Below the pieces are notes generated by a model that was given only the letters and a program-made list of their open reading frames with translations, ran no database searches and was not told the DNA's origin. Positions 27,230 to 36,409 of a stretch of 64,000 nucleotides of DNA are shown here, piece after piece. Source of the DNA: an uncultured Gammaproteobacteria bacterium. GTDB taxonomy: Bacteria > Patescibacteriota > Patescibacteriia > Magasanikbacterales > GWA2-37-8. The stretch lies in assembly GCA_964465205.1 (NCBI GenBank), contig CAYXJO010000003.1, positions 14,693 to 78,692 on the forward strand, given 5' to 3'. Made by a program: the position numbers and the translations under genes. Position 1 is the first letter of the stretch. Each line of letters starts with the position of its first letter.

Positions 27230-30200
27230 ATGAACAACGTATTAAAATTAGGTAAAAAAATCTTTACCTTCAGCGTTGTCGCCACAACTATCATGTGGTC
27301 TTTGGGCGTTGCCACTTTGGTTCCGTCCGTTGCCCAGGCTGCCGACGTATGTCCGGCTGGCTTGGCTGCCAACGACGTAGTCAAAGTCGGTAAGAACCCG
27401 AAACTATATGTGTTGGGCGCCGACTTGAAGCTCATCAACTCTATTGACAACCAAGTTGTCACTAAAGCTGGTAAAAAATATTATTTCAGCGCGTTTAAAT
27501 CTTGGAATATCGATGATAACTACGGTACTATCAAGAATATCTCCGCTGAATGTTTCTCCGCTCTTGGTATGGCCGGCAAAGCGTTCGGCTATCGCCCTGG
27601 TTCCCAATTACTCAAACATCCGGTCACCGGCAATTTGATTGTCGTTCTCCCGGGTCGTTCTTGGGCCAACATCTCTGAAGCTGCGGCTACTGCTTTGTAT
27701 GGCTATTCTGCCAGCATGGTTTTGCCGACCTTCACTGATAATGACTTTATCTATTCCCTTGATGGTGGCCAGAAGGCCGACATCACTGCTTCTGTTGCTC
27801 ACGACGGTATGTTCGTGAAACAGGACAGCAAAGTGTACTATGTAACCGGTGGTAAATTGGTCGAAGTGACCGAAGCCGGTGTAGCCGCCAACCGCGTCCG
27901 CACCAGCATCATCCGCTCCGTTGCCACCACTGGTCTTACTGTAGACACTGCCAAATACGATTCTAATGTCGTATCTGTGTCCGATCGTACTGGTACCGGT
28001 ATTACTCCGGGCACCACTGGTCCGGTCGTAACTGGCAACATGACTGTGTCTTTGGCTGCGAACACCCCAGCAACTGCTGGCGTTCCTTACAAAGCCACTC
28101 ACGTTCCGTTCCTCACCTTCAATATCAATTCTTTGAATGCCGCTACTATTTCTAGTATCACATTCAAGAGAATTGGCTTGGGTGACAACGACAACTTCTT
28201 GAAAGTTTGGTTGGAAAAAGACGGAACCCCAGTTTCCAATGCTCAAACTGTTGGTAGTGATGACACTGTGATCTTGTCTCCGAACATGCTCGTGTCTGCT
28301 GGCAACACCACTTTGACTTTGGTGGCCAATTTGGCTACTGCTGGTGCCAGCACCGCCATGGAAGATGGCTTCCAGGTGACCGCTGTTGACGCTGGTACCG
28401 GTGTTACTGTTGCTGGTCTTCCAGTATCTGGTAACAAAATGAACTATCGTGCAGTTGAAGTGAACAGTGTTACTTTGACTGACAAGGGTTCTGACGCCAG
28501 TGTAAAAGTAGGAGATACCGGCGCCATCTTGGGCGAGTTCTCCATGCAATATACTTCTGGCAACGATACCAAAGGTTCATTTGAATTCATCCGCTTGCGC
28601 AATACCGGTGATGCAAATCTTACCGATTTGTCCAACTTGGTGTTGACCGAGAATGGCGTAGCTGTGTCCGCTCCGGCGGCCGTCAGCGGTGATTATGTCA
28701 CCTTCGTATTGAACAATGACGCCAAATTGATTGGCGACAGCAAGACCCGCAATTTCGAACTTACCGCTACTATCAACGGTGGTGAGAATGCCAAGACCTA
28801 CAATTTCGTCTTGAAAGATGTCCGCGATATTTATGTCAAAGACGCCTACAATGGCTATGGCGCTTCTGTTACTAAGAATAACTTGAACTGCAACACCGAA
28901 ACCGACGAATTGTGTGTCTATACTTTGGATGCTGGTCAATTCACCGTTTCCAACGATGATTCCAACCCAAATAACAGCAAATACATCAAGAACACCAAAA
29001 ACATCACCGCCATGGTTGCCAAGATGAAACTTGGTCAGGGCGTGAATGTCGAAGGTTTGAAAGTGTACCTTGCCAGCGGTACTACTGCCGCTTCGGTATC
29101 TGAAGTCAATGCTGATATCGAACGCGTACAATTGTATGTGGGCGATCGCAGAATCGGCACTGTGTCTGCTGTGACCGATGGCGGTGGTGCTATTACCACC
29201 CATTACTATGATTTTGACACCAGCTTCTCTTTGAAGAATGCTGACCTTGTCAAAATAGTGGTGGATCTCAAATCCAACGCTGCCAATCATACTTATAAAT
29301 TCACCTTCAGTTCCAGCAACTTTGTCACCCCAGAATACACCAACGGTGACACTGTGCCGACCGCTTCTCGCAGTGGTGTTGTTACTAGCAACAACCTCGA
29401 GATCACCAGCTCTACTGTAACTGTAGTGGAGAATGATGGTTACACTACCGATCAAACCTTCTTGATTGGTTCTACCAATCAGAAATTGATGCAGGTTTTG
29501 GTGAGCGCCGGCTCTTCTGCCGATGTCTATATCAAGACTTTGAAATTCAGCATGTCTAGCACTTCTGCCTACTCTTACTTCACCAACATGTATGTCATGT
29601 TCGATGGTGTAAAGTTTGATTTGACCAAAGACATGACTTCTGGTGGTACTGTCAGCTTTACTGGTATCAACAAATTGTTGGCGAAAAATGCTCAAACTAC
29701 CGTGGCCTTATACGCCGATGTGCAGACTGGCTTGGAGAACAACGCCACTTCCACCTTTACCTTGGCCAACACGGACAATGGTACTGTGATGGAAGATAGC
29801 GAAGGTACTGCTACTGCGTTCACCGCAGTAACCACTCCTCGCTTGAAATTCGTTAGCTCCGGCACTTTGTCGGTGTCTACCGATTCTGCGACCCCGTTGT
29901 CTTCTTTGGCTATCGCCGGTCAAACCGTTGATTTAGCCACCTGGAGACTGTCGGATCAAAATGGTGCTGTTGATGTGACCGATGTGTACGTCGCTAATAC
30001 CGACGGATCTGTATCGTCCTTGTCAACCAGCGCTGCCGACTTCATGGTCAGCAAATATCAACTTGTCTGGAAGGGCAATGTGATCGCCGAAGCCGCTCCT
30101 GTGAGTGGTAAGGTTCACTTTGATCTTGCTTCCGACAAATATATTGCTGTTGCCAATGGTGGAACTGAAAAAATCACTGTCCGCGCGGTGTTGAATAACA

Positions 30201-30892
30201 TCAGCAACGTTGCGAACACTGGTAAACAGTTCAAATTGGCCTTGTATGCCATGGAAGCCCAGAACAAGAGTGGTACCACTCTCAGCTCTATTACCGGTGT
30301 TGCGACTAGCGACAGCTATGTCTCTACTACCGCGAAATTCGGTAATAGCATTATGACTGTGAAGACCGCTCCGACCTTGGCTACCGTGAATACCCTCGGC
30401 ACATTGTCCAACGGCGCCACTGAAATCTACAGATTTACAGTGACTGCTCCGGTAAATGGTGATGTGACTTGGAATAAAGTGGTATTGTCTGTCGGTGGTT
30501 CCTGTACCGGCGGTACTGTGGCCGTCTGTCTCGGTGACACCACTGCCATGCGTATCAAATCTGGCGGTACTAATATCCCAGCCACTTTCTCCACCTCGTC
30601 TGGTAAACTTACCATCGATTTGACTGGTGTAGAGAGTGTGTCTGCCAACTCTTCGGTTACCTACTATGTAGAAGCCGATTTGGCTCACTGGACCATTGCC
30701 GATGACACCTTAACCGTTAGTATCAAAGACGCGGGTGCTGGCTTCAACACTCCTGGTGCTTATGACGTGACTGCCACCACTTTCCGCTGGGCTGATAACT
30801 CCGGTGTGTACGAATCTACCACCGATGAACAGTGGTACAATGGTTACAAAGTGTCTGGTTTGGACACTGCCACCTACAAACTTCAGAAATAA
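27230..30892 (+). CDS. Giant secreted cell-surface protein (signal peptide, 1,220 aa, beta-rich Ig-like repeats; S-layer/adhesin-like)
   Basis: Signal peptide MNNVLKLGKKIFTFSVVATTIMWSLGVATLVPSVAQA. T/S/V/N-rich beta repeats throughout. Two strong terminators follow. Confidence 0.65.
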   Translation: MNNVLKLGKKIFTFSVVATTIMWSLGVATLVPSVAQAADVCPAGLAANDVVKVGKNPKLYVLGADLKLINSIDNQVVTKAGKKYYFSAFKSWNIDDNYGTIKNISAECFSALGMAGKAFGYRPGSQLLKHPVTGNLIVVLPGRSWANISEAAATALYGYSASMVLPTFTDNDFIYSLDGGQKADITASVAHDGMFVKQDSKVYYVTGGKLVEVTEAGVAANRVRTSIIRSVATTGLTVDTAKYDSNVVSVSDRTGTGITPGTTGPVVTGNMTVSLAANTPATAGVPYKATHVPFLTFNINSLNAATISSITFKRIGLGDNDNFLKVWLEKDGTPVSNAQTVGSDDTVILSPNMLVSAGNTTLTLVANLATAGASTAMEDGFQVTAVDAGTGVTVAGLPVSGNKMNYRAVEVNSVTLTDKGSDASVKVGDTGAILGEFSMQYTSGNDTKGSFEFIRLRNTGDANLTDLSNLVLTENGVAVSAPAAVSGDYVTFVLNNDAKLIGDSKTRNFELTATINGGENAKTYNFVLKDVRDIYVKDAYNGYGASVTKNNLNCNTETDELCVYTLDAGQFTVSNDDSNPNNSKYIKNTKNITAMVAKMKLGQGVNVEGLKVYLASGTTAASVSEVNADIERVQLYVGDRRIGTVSAVTDGGGAITTHYYDFDTSFSLKNADLVKIVVDLKSNAANHTYKFTFSSSNFVTPEYTNGDTVPTASRSGVVTSNNLEITSSTVTVVENDGYTTDQTFLIGSTNQKLMQVLVSAGSSADVYIKTLKFSMSSTSAYSYFTNMYVMFDGVKFDLTKDMTSGGTVSFTGINKLLAKNAQTTVALYADVQTGLENNATSTFTLANTDNGTVMEDSEGTATAFTAVTTPRLKFVSSGTLSVSTDSATPLSSLAIAGQTVDLATWRLSDQNGAVDVTDVYVANTDGSVSSLSTSAADFMVSKYQLVWKGNVIAEAAPVSGKVHFDLASDKYIAVANGGTEKITVRAVLNNISNVANTGKQFKLALYAMEAQNKSGTTLSSITGVATSDSYVSTTAKFGNSIMTVKTAPTLATVNTLGTLSNGATEIYRFTVTAPVNGDVTWNKVVLSVGGSCTGGTVAVCLGDTTAMRIKSGGTNIPATFSTSSGKLTIDLTGVESVSANSSVTYYVEADLAHWTIADDTLTVSIKDAGAGFNTPGAYDVTATTFRWADNSGVYESTTDEQWYNGYKVSGLDTATYKLQK

Positions 30893-30929
30893 GTTTGAAT
30901 GGTAAAACTCCCTTAAACAGAGTTTCCAA

Positions 30930-30957
30930 AAACCGCCCTTCACGGGGCGGTTTTTTG
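30930..30957 (+). terminator. Intrinsic terminator (CCGCCC-TTCAC-GGGGCGG + T6)
   Basis: GC stem then TTTTTTGG, 40 nt after stop of the giant surface protein gene. Confidence 0.8.
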
Positions 30958-31057
30958 GTAGTTGGGGTCAAATGTTTTTGTGGGCGAAAGTTATCCACAG
31001 GGATGAAAATTGGGGACGCGCCGAAAATGTGATATAATATTTATGAGGAAGGGGAAA

Positions 31058-31088
31058 TGATCTTGAGGAAACTCAAGATCGTTTTTTT
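31058..31088 (+). terminator. Second intrinsic terminator (TGATCTTGAG-GAAA-CTCAAGATCG + T7)
   Basis: Perfect 10-bp stem, GAAA loop, T7 run. Confidence 0.75.
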
Positions 31089-31131
31089 AAGAGATAATTA
31101 TATCAATTGTTTTTAATTTTTGCTTAAAAAT

Positions 31132-31659
31132 ATGTATAAAAAAATGCGTATTTGGGTGGTGATAGTGGCTTTTTTGGTTTTGGTGGTTGGTGGTGCCGGA
31201 GTGTTCTTCGGGTATAGTTGGTTTTTGGGCAAACAGGCACGGGTGCTAAGTGGCACGGCACGGCCAAAATTTCCTTATCGAGATTACAGTATCGAGGAAT
31301 TAAATAAATTGTACCCACAAGAATTGAATGTGGATGTACCGACCACGCGTACACCAGAAGAGACTCATGCATTGTTTGTGGCGGCATTGAAAAAGGGCGA
31401 TTTCGATGAAGCGGTGAATTGTTGTTTTCGTAGTGGGGACAGAGCCAAGACTTTGGAATTTTTGAATGGAGTGAAGCAAAAGGGGATGTTGGATTTGATG
31501 ATTGGGGATATTACGCGTGATTTTGAGAAGGATATGATGTTGGATACGATGGCGACTTATGTATTTTCTGGCACTGGTCCAAAAGGTGAAAAAAATATGG
31601 CTGGTACTATGCATTTTAGAAAAAATTCCGAAGGTATTTGGTATATTGAATCGTTATAG
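31132..31659 (+). CDS. Hypothetical membrane-anchored protein (N-terminal TM)
   Basis: TM IWVVIVAFLVLVVGGAGVFFGYSWF. TTG at 31120 or ATG at 31132. Confidence 0.5.
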   Translation: MYKKMRIWVVIVAFLVLVVGGAGVFFGYSWFLGKQARVLSGTARPKFPYRDYSIEELNKLYPQELNVDVPTTRTPEETHALFVAALKKGDFDEAVNCCFRSGDRAKTLEFLNGVKQKGMLDLMIGDITRDFEKDMMLDTMATYVFSGTGPKGEKNMAGTMHFRKNSEGIWYIESL

Positions 31660-31661
31660 AT

Positions 31662-34157
31662 ATGTGGTCAAGGAGGAAAAATATTTTTCAAATTTTTTGG
31701 TTAGCAATTTTAGCAGGCTCGGCTTGGATTATTCCGGGCCGAGTTTTGGCTTATGATACCAATGTCGCCCACCCAAATATTGCCGAACTGGCAGCTCAAA
31801 TATATAATGAACGATTTCCAAATCAACAGTTGAGTCTGGCGGATATGGAAAATATTAAGCTCGGAGCGCGGCTGGAAGATGTGCCTACTCGGTGGTATCA
31901 GCATTTCTATGACCCCATACACGGCCGCGGTATTTGGTTCAATGACAACAAACAAACCGCCTTGAGCTGGGCCACTGATCCATTTGCTCAAGTGAATTTT
32001 TCATTGGGAGATAATAGTTGGCAAAGAGCCATTAGTGATTGGCAAAAAGGGGATAGGGCACTAGCTATGCAAGAATTGGGTCACACCATTCATCTAATCT
32101 CTGATATGGCGGTGCCGGCACACACACGCGACGATATTCATCCGGCCGGCGATTCATATGAACAGTATGTGAAAAACAATTGGTCGAGCGCGGTTGCGGG
32201 TTTGCGTTATGACTTCCGAAGTTTGAATAGCTTAAATACCGCTTTTTATGCTTTGGCCAAATATTCCAATGGTAACTTTTATAGTGATGATACGATTGAG
32301 CATTGGAATTATAAAATAATTAATATCTCTGGTCATGACAGAAAATATTTTAATAAAAGAAATTATTTGTTCGCCAAAACTGCCGACGGTCATTATTTGT
32401 ATGGTTTTGAAAATTTGATTTGGACGGCTAGCATTAAAGATGTTAGGTATGACGAGATTCTCAACAGCTATGCCTCCCGCCTTATCCCACAAGCTGTGGG
32501 TTATAGTGCCGGAATGATAGATTTATTTTTTCGAGAAGCCACCAAAAAACAAACAGAAAAACTACCTTGGTTGCGCTCCAATTTATCTGGTGTAGTAGAT
32601 ACCGCCGGCGGTGCGGCTCTTACTGCGGCCGAAGGGGCCAAGGATTGGCTTGTCGGCTCCAATGTGTGGGGAGAGGGTGTGCAACAAATTGGCGAAGATG
32701 CACTACGTCAAGTGGATATTACCATGACTGAAAAGGCCCAAATAGCGCGAGGCGAAATTCCACCCGCTACGCCGCCCATATCCGATTCGCCTATAGCAGC
32801 CACAGATTCTGTTTCTACTCCCACGCCATCAAACAGGCCTGCTGTAACTACCACCACCATTGTAGCCACTCCTATTACTTCGACTCCAATATATACTGGC
32901 GGTGGCAGTGCGTATGGCGGTGGCAATGTGCCTGTTCCCGAATCTGAGCCAACCTCTACAATACCTACCTCCACACCACCCACCGATCCCCCCACTTCTA
33001 CGCCGATTACTACCTCTACTCCTAGCCCGACCTCTACCCCTGAAGTGCCCACACCCACCTCTACCCCCACTTCTACGCCAGAGACTCCTACCACAACCCC
33101 AGAAACCCCTACCAGCACCCCAGGCACTCCTACTACCACTCCAGACGATACACCACCTGCCATGCCCACAATTATACTCGCTACACCAGACGCTAGCCGT
33201 CCGATAGTGCAAATTTCAGTCACTTCCACGGACGCTTCGTCTTCGCCGGTCGCATTTGATATTGTTTATACCACTGCACTGTCCCCACTAGATACCGATT
33301 GGAAGCCATTTATAGTCAGTAGTACCGCCACCGTACACAATTTCACTGCTCGGCGCGGATTGATTTATCAATTTCGCGCTCGTGCTATTGATCAAGTCGG
33401 CAATGTTTCAGATTTTTCCAAAATTGCGAGTACCACCTTTGATCAAATTAGTCTAAATGGCACGCAAAGCGAATCCGAACGTGTTTTGACTGCCGAAAAT
33501 AGTCCGTATTTAATAAACGGTAATCAGTGTTATATTATTCCGGCTGGCACCAAACTTACCATTGAAGCGGGGGTGGAAATCAAGATTGGCAAATATCTTT
33601 GTATAATGGTGAATGGTATTTTGGATGCCCAGGGTGATAGTGATGCGCATATTACTTTCTCTCAGCTTAACCCGGGTGAATATTGGGCGCAGATATTTTT
33701 GAATTCCGCTACCGCAACTTTTAATTATGCTGATATTACGGGTGGCGATACAGGTGGGTTATTTGTTTGGAAGCGGGGATTGGTATTTGCAGATAATAAT
33801 TCCTATTTGGAATTAAACAATTCTACTGTTGACGACTTGTATGAAATGGCCGGTGCCGCGGTTGGTGCCAAAGATTCAGTGGTCAAAATACGTGATAGTG
33901 TTTTGGCGGACACCGGCATATCTTCCAATTGTGGTAATAACGTTTGTAATCACGGTATCCGAGCTGGTGGCGGAACATTATATTTGGATAATGTGCTGCT
34001 TCGCAATGTGGTATATGGTATACGCGCCGGCTTACCCGGGTACCAGTCGTATCCTGTGGTATATTCAAACAACTTTTCCAGCATTATGGGCGAGAATATC
34101 GGAGTTTTATTTATGCCGGATAATGAGTATTTTATCCGCACTTCTACTCCTGTTTGA
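31662..34157 (+). CDS. Secreted multidomain protein: N-terminal zinc-dependent phospholipase C / P1-nuclease-like domain, long Thr/Pro/Ser-rich linker, FN3-like segment and C-terminal right-handed beta-helix-like region
   Basis: Signal peptide. WYQHFYDP and ELGHTIHLISDMAVPAHTRDD resemble the HFYDP and L..H..D...P.H zinc-ligand motifs of Bacillus PLC. (TP)n linker at aa ~367-505. NNSYLELNNSTV / GGDTGGLF beta-helix-like repeats. Confidence 0.5.
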   Translation: MWSRRKNIFQIFWLAILAGSAWIIPGRVLAYDTNVAHPNIAELAAQIYNERFPNQQLSLADMENIKLGARLEDVPTRWYQHFYDPIHGRGIWFNDNKQTALSWATDPFAQVNFSLGDNSWQRAISDWQKGDRALAMQELGHTIHLISDMAVPAHTRDDIHPAGDSYEQYVKNNWSSAVAGLRYDFRSLNSLNTAFYALAKYSNGNFYSDDTIEHWNYKIINISGHDRKYFNKRNYLFAKTADGHYLYGFENLIWTASIKDVRYDEILNSYASRLIPQAVGYSAGMIDLFFREATKKQTEKLPWLRSNLSGVVDTAGGAALTAAEGAKDWLVGSNVWGEGVQQIGEDALRQVDITMTEKAQIARGEIPPATPPISDSPIAATDSVSTPTPSNRPAVTTTTIVATPITSTPIYTGGGSAYGGGNVPVPESEPTSTIPTSTPPTDPPTSTPITTSTPSPTSTPEVPTPTSTPTSTPETPTTTPETPTSTPGTPTTTPDDTPPAMPTIILATPDASRPIVQISVTSTDASSSPVAFDIVYTTALSPLDTDWKPFIVSSTATVHNFTARRGLIYQFRARAIDQVGNVSDFSKIASTTFDQISLNGTQSESERVLTAENSPYLINGNQCYIIPAGTKLTIEAGVEIKIGKYLCIMVNGILDAQGDSDAHITFSQLNPGEYWAQIFLNSATATFNYADITGGDTGGLFVWKRGLVFADNNSYLELNNSTVDDLYEMAGAAVGAKDSVVKIRDSVLADTGISSNCGNNVCNHGIRAGGGTLYLDNVLLRNVVYGIRAGLPGYQSYPVVYSNNFSSIMGENIGVLFMPDNEYFIRTSTPV
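32760..33180 (+). repeat. Low-complexity Thr/Pro/Ser-rich coding repeat (TSTP/TPET units) within the PLC-like gene; generates spurious antisense ORFs
   Basis: Translation TSTPITTSTPSPTSTPEVPTPTSTPTSTPETPTTTPETPTSTPGTPTTTP. Locally GC-rich. Confidence 0.7.
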
Positions 34158-34163
34158 AGTGTT

Positions 34164-34192
34164 TGACACCCAAGTCTATTTTCGGTAATATA
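34164..34192 (+). promoter_or_regulatory. sigma-70 promoter (TTGACA-17-TAATAT) at head of the glycan island
   Basis: TTGACA 34164-34169, 17-nt spacer, TAATAT 34187-34192. Followed by two perfect palindromes (34228-34250, 34263-34293) in the leader. Confidence 0.5.
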
Positions 34193-34308
34193 TAGAGGCA
34201 AAAAATTAGTAAAATTTAGTATTTTTATATGGCATTTTTAATGCCATATATTCTCATTCGTTCAATAATGATTAAACACATTTAATCATTATTTCACTCA
34301 TTACGAAT

Positions 34309-36393
34309 ATGCGCAAAACCCTCGAACAGGTGGTAAAAATTTTAATTTACGCCACTTTTTTTGTACCACTAATTGTGGTACCGTCGTCGTTTATTTTTCC
34401 GTTTATTGTACCGAAAATTCTAATGTTTAGATCGCTGGTGGAAATTATGTTGGGGGCTTATGTCCTGCTACTAATTATCAATTGGCAAGAATACAAGCCG
34501 CGATTTACCGCGCTCAACTTGACTTTGGCCGCATTTTTACTCAGTTTTGCGCTTTCGACTTTTTTTGGGGTTGATCCGTATCATAGTTTTTGGGATAATC
34601 ACGAACGTATGTTGGGGTTGTTTACCATTATTCACTGTGTGATATATTATTTCATTTGTACCGCCATGTTTCGCACTTGGGCCGATTGGAAATGGGCGTT
34701 GCGCGGGTTTCTCTTGGCCGGTGCGGCCGTGATGTTTGTGGCTTTTATGCAAACCCAGAATCCCAATCTTTTATTGGGTCAGGGATCGTCGCGTACTGCT
34801 AGTACGTTGGGCAACCCAATTTATGTGGGTGGCTATGGGTTGTTTTTGACATTTGTAGCGTTTTTGTTGGCCATACGCGAGAAAAATAATGTCTGGCGAG
34901 CAGTAGAAATAGTTTTGGGACTGTTGGCATTCTTGGCGATTTTTTGGAGTGGCACGCGTGGTTCGCTATTGGGATTTGTGGCGGGTGCGGCGGTAGCGGT
35001 ATTGGGTTATATAGTAGTGCTCAAAGAACACAAAAAAATTCGTTGGAGTCTGATAGGCATTGCGATTTTGGGAGTAGTAGCGATTGGTTTATTATATGGA
35101 TTTCGCAAAACCGAATTTGTTACCAATTTGCCGGCAGTGGGGCGTACGGTCAACACTTCTTTGGCCGATGTGCAGGCCAGTCCGCGTTGGATTGCTTGGA
35201 CGATTGCAATCCAGAGTTGGAAAGATATGCCGATTTTTGGTTGGGGTCCGAATAATTTTTTCTATGCATTCAATGATCACTATAATCCGCGCTCGTTGGA
35301 TTTTGGATATGGCGAAACTTGGTTTGATAACGCCCACAATATTATTGTAAATACCTTGGCGGTGCAGGGGACATTTGGTATTCTCACTTATTTGGCTGTT
35401 TTTGTCATCGGAGTGTTATCGCTCATCTTAGCCTGGCGTAAATTTGGACTTAATTTCCATATTGCGGTAGTTGGTTCGGCGTTTTTGGTAGCACACTTAG
35501 TGGGCAATATTACTGTGTTTGAAAATCCAACATCATATTTGTATTTCATGTTTTGGCTGGCATTTCTAAATAGTGTGGCGAATCCGCGTGAACAAAAAAA
35601 CGCGGAAGTAGAGGACAAAACCAAAAAAGTAGTGGCTAAATCCGCAGCGCCAGATCGCAAGATTGGTGCCGGGGCGATCTCCGGGGTAGGGGTGGTAGTA
35701 ATGATTTTTGTGTTTGTGTTTAATATCCAACCGGCGCGAGCTAATATGATGACATTGGACGCGATTCGTTATCTATCTCAAGACGTGATTTTGGCCGTAC
35801 CAGCGATGAAAACCGCTCTGGAGTTCAATTCTCCGCATATTGATGATATTCGAGCAGATATTGGCCGTACCGCGGCCCAGACATTGGGAGCGGCATATCA
35901 GAAATTAGGCAAAGATCGTAGTAATGAGATACTGCAGATCGCTTATGATAATTTAAAGAAAAATTTAATTTTGCATCCTTTGGATATTCGCAATCAGCTG
36001 ACTTTGGCGCAACTCGCGCAACTTGGCGCAGTGATTAACCAGAATATTAATTTTATCTTGGATGCAGAGAAATTTTTGGATGATGCCCAGGTCAAATCTC
36101 CACGTCGCCAGCAGGTAGCTTATGCTTTGGCCGGAGTGAAAATGCAATTAGGTAAAAATGCCGAAGCGTTTAAAATTTTAGAACAGACCATTACCGACAA
36201 TCCGCGCGTTGCCGAGAGTTATTGGCGGCTAGCTTATGCATATAAGGTGTTGGGCAATCAGGTAAAAGCCGTGGAGGTTCTTAATTTGGCGAACAAAAAC
36301 GGCGTGGTATTTGGCGAACAGGATCAAGGGATAGTGTCTCAGATACTTGCACCCACGCCCAGTTCTTCTGCGGCGGTGAAGATCAATAAGTAA
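34309..36393 (+). CDS. O-antigen ligase/polymerase-like (Wzy_C) polytopic membrane protein with C-terminal TPR repeats
   Basis: ~12 TM N-terminal domain (FWSGTRGSLLGF Wzy_C-like loop). C-terminal soluble TPR-like helices (AYALAGVKMQLGKNAEAFKILEQTITDNPRVAESYWRLAYAYKVLGN). Confidence 0.65.
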   Translation: MRKTLEQVVKILIYATFFVPLIVVPSSFIFPFIVPKILMFRSLVEIMLGAYVLLLIINWQEYKPRFTALNLTLAAFLLSFALSTFFGVDPYHSFWDNHERMLGLFTIIHCVIYYFICTAMFRTWADWKWALRGFLLAGAAVMFVAFMQTQNPNLLLGQGSSRTASTLGNPIYVGGYGLFLTFVAFLLAIREKNNVWRAVEIVLGLLAFLAIFWSGTRGSLLGFVAGAAVAVLGYIVVLKEHKKIRWSLIGIAILGVVAIGLLYGFRKTEFVTNLPAVGRTVNTSLADVQASPRWIAWTIAIQSWKDMPIFGWGPNNFFYAFNDHYNPRSLDFGYGETWFDNAHNIIVNTLAVQGTFGILTYLAVFVIGVLSLILAWRKFGLNFHIAVVGSAFLVAHLVGNITVFENPTSYLYFMFWLAFLNSVANPREQKNAEVEDKTKKVVAKSAAPDRKIGAGAISGVGVVVMIFVFVFNIQPARANMMTLDAIRYLSQDVILAVPAMKTALEFNSPHIDDIRADIGRTAAQTLGAAYQKLGKDRSNEILQIAYDNLKKNLILHPLDIRNQLTLAQLAQLGAVINQNINFILDAEKFLDDAQVKSPRRQQVAYALAGVKMQLGKNAEAFKILEQTITDNPRVAESYWRLAYAYKVLGNQVKAVEVLNLANKNGVVFGEQDQGIVSQILAPTPSSSAAVKINK

Positions 36394-36409
36394 ATTGTAG
36401 CACCTACAT

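Noticed and set aside
27608-29695. Minus-strand ORFs of 313 and 372 aa inside the giant surface protein gene
   Set aside because: Antisense to a Thr/Ser/Val/Gly-rich coding region (stop-poor on the reverse strand). No start context; the plus-strand gene has a signal peptide and terminators.
32708-33229. Minus-strand ORFs of 127-173 aa overlapping the PLC-like gene
   Set aside because: They lie antisense to the GC-rich Thr/Pro codon repeat (ACC/CCA) which is stop-free in several frames. Translations are G/V/R low-complexity. Artefact.
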